This document shows, piece after piece, positions 63,451 through 64,000 of a DNA stretch of 64,000 nt. Source of the DNA: Massalongia carnosa. Lineage: Eukaryota. A program made the translations under genes and the position numbers. The notes below the pieces were generated by a model. It did not search any database and was not told where the DNA came from. It saw only the letters and a program-made list of their open reading frames with translations. Numbering within the stretch: the stretch's first letter is position 1; each line of letters starts with the position of its first letter. The stretch is from contig OZ287075.1 of assembly GCA_965645245.1 (NCBI GenBank), forward strand, positions 1,674,001-1,738,000, in the 5' to 3' direction.

Positions 63451-64000
63451 TCAGCGTCCAAACATGTAATCCGTGAATGGACCGCCTTGCCCGGTCCATG
63501 GGCTGCCAGCTGTGTTTGCAGCCATGGCAGTTACCTGTGGGCTTTTCAAGCCGTTCATGCCAAAAGCGCCGACTCCAAACCCACCACTCATCATACCACC
63601 GCTGATGGGGCTACCCAGGTTATGAATGGAACTATTAGTGAGGCCCCCGTTGCTGGTGAGTCCTGGGGGAGCTGCCAAGCCAGGCGGCGGCCCGTTCGCG
63701 GTGGAAAAGGACTGCATGTTTCCAATTCCATTCAAACCAGGCATTGGACCTTGTGGTGACATTGGCGTCGGAGACCCCATACCCCCGGGTTGGCCCGTAC
63801 GCACACCAAGGGGGTTTTTAGAAAAGCTTAGACGAATCCCCCCTTTGACGCTGTTATGTAATGGATGCCCATACAGCTCGCTGAGTGCTTTAGTAGCAAA
63901 AGATACGTCTTCAAATTCGACAAAACACATTGGTCCGTTTTGTTTAGTTCTAAAGCATAGCCGCTTATATCCCCGCTGTTTGGAAAACATTGCCTTTAGT
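63451..64000 (-). CDS. WHI3: 3' end of a Whi3/Whi4/Scw1-like RRM RNA-binding protein (continues beyond window)
   Basis: [59 protein letters not shown] is the Whi3-family RRM signature. Confidence 0.88.
   Translation of the reverse strand, partial: LKAMFSKQRGYKRLCFRTKQNGPMCFVEFEDVSFATKALSELYGHPLHNSVKGGIRLSFSKNPLGVRTGQPGGMGSPTPMSPQGPMPGLNGIGNMQSFSTANGPPPGLAAPPGLTSNGGLTNSSIHNLGSPISGGMMSGGFGVGAFGMNGLKSPQVTAMAANTAGSPWTGQGGPFTDYMFGR

Overview
Fungal (Pezizomycotina-type ascomycete) nuclear DNA with short GT-AG introns. About 19 protein-coding genes are recognisable: a membrane-anchored alpha/beta-hydrolase-fold protein, a FucP-type MFS permease, an uncharacterised membrane protein, NAD(P)HX epimerase, mitochondrial S16, an AVT-type amino-acid transporter, a CFEM-like membrane protein, a small secreted Cys-rich protein, Rsr1/Rap GTPase, a membrane-anchored fucose-lectin-like propeller, MCC beta subunit, a BOR1-type anion transporter, a DUF3431 protein, Ku70, ferrochelatase, a PTH11-like receptor, a long S/T/P-rich protein, a PQ-loop protein, and the 3' end of a Whi3-like RRM gene. 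Between them lie two defective pogo/Fot1-type DNA transposons, four MITE-like inverted-repeat elements, and several decayed genes. The most unusual signals are: (1) a pogo transposase whose third-catalytic-Asp motif (QPLDVVCF) is amplified in frame as 8.4 perfect 24-bp copies; (2) the same element sitting at the centre of an ~87-bp palindrome (nested ends) inside a ~320-bp divergent promoter; (3) a ~500-codon hidden frame interrupted almost only by TAG codons; and (4) a pseudo-hydrolase with neither the nucleophile Ser nor the catalytic His. All exon boundaries were read by eye and are approximate. I found no CRISPR array, rRNA or secondary-metabolite cluster.
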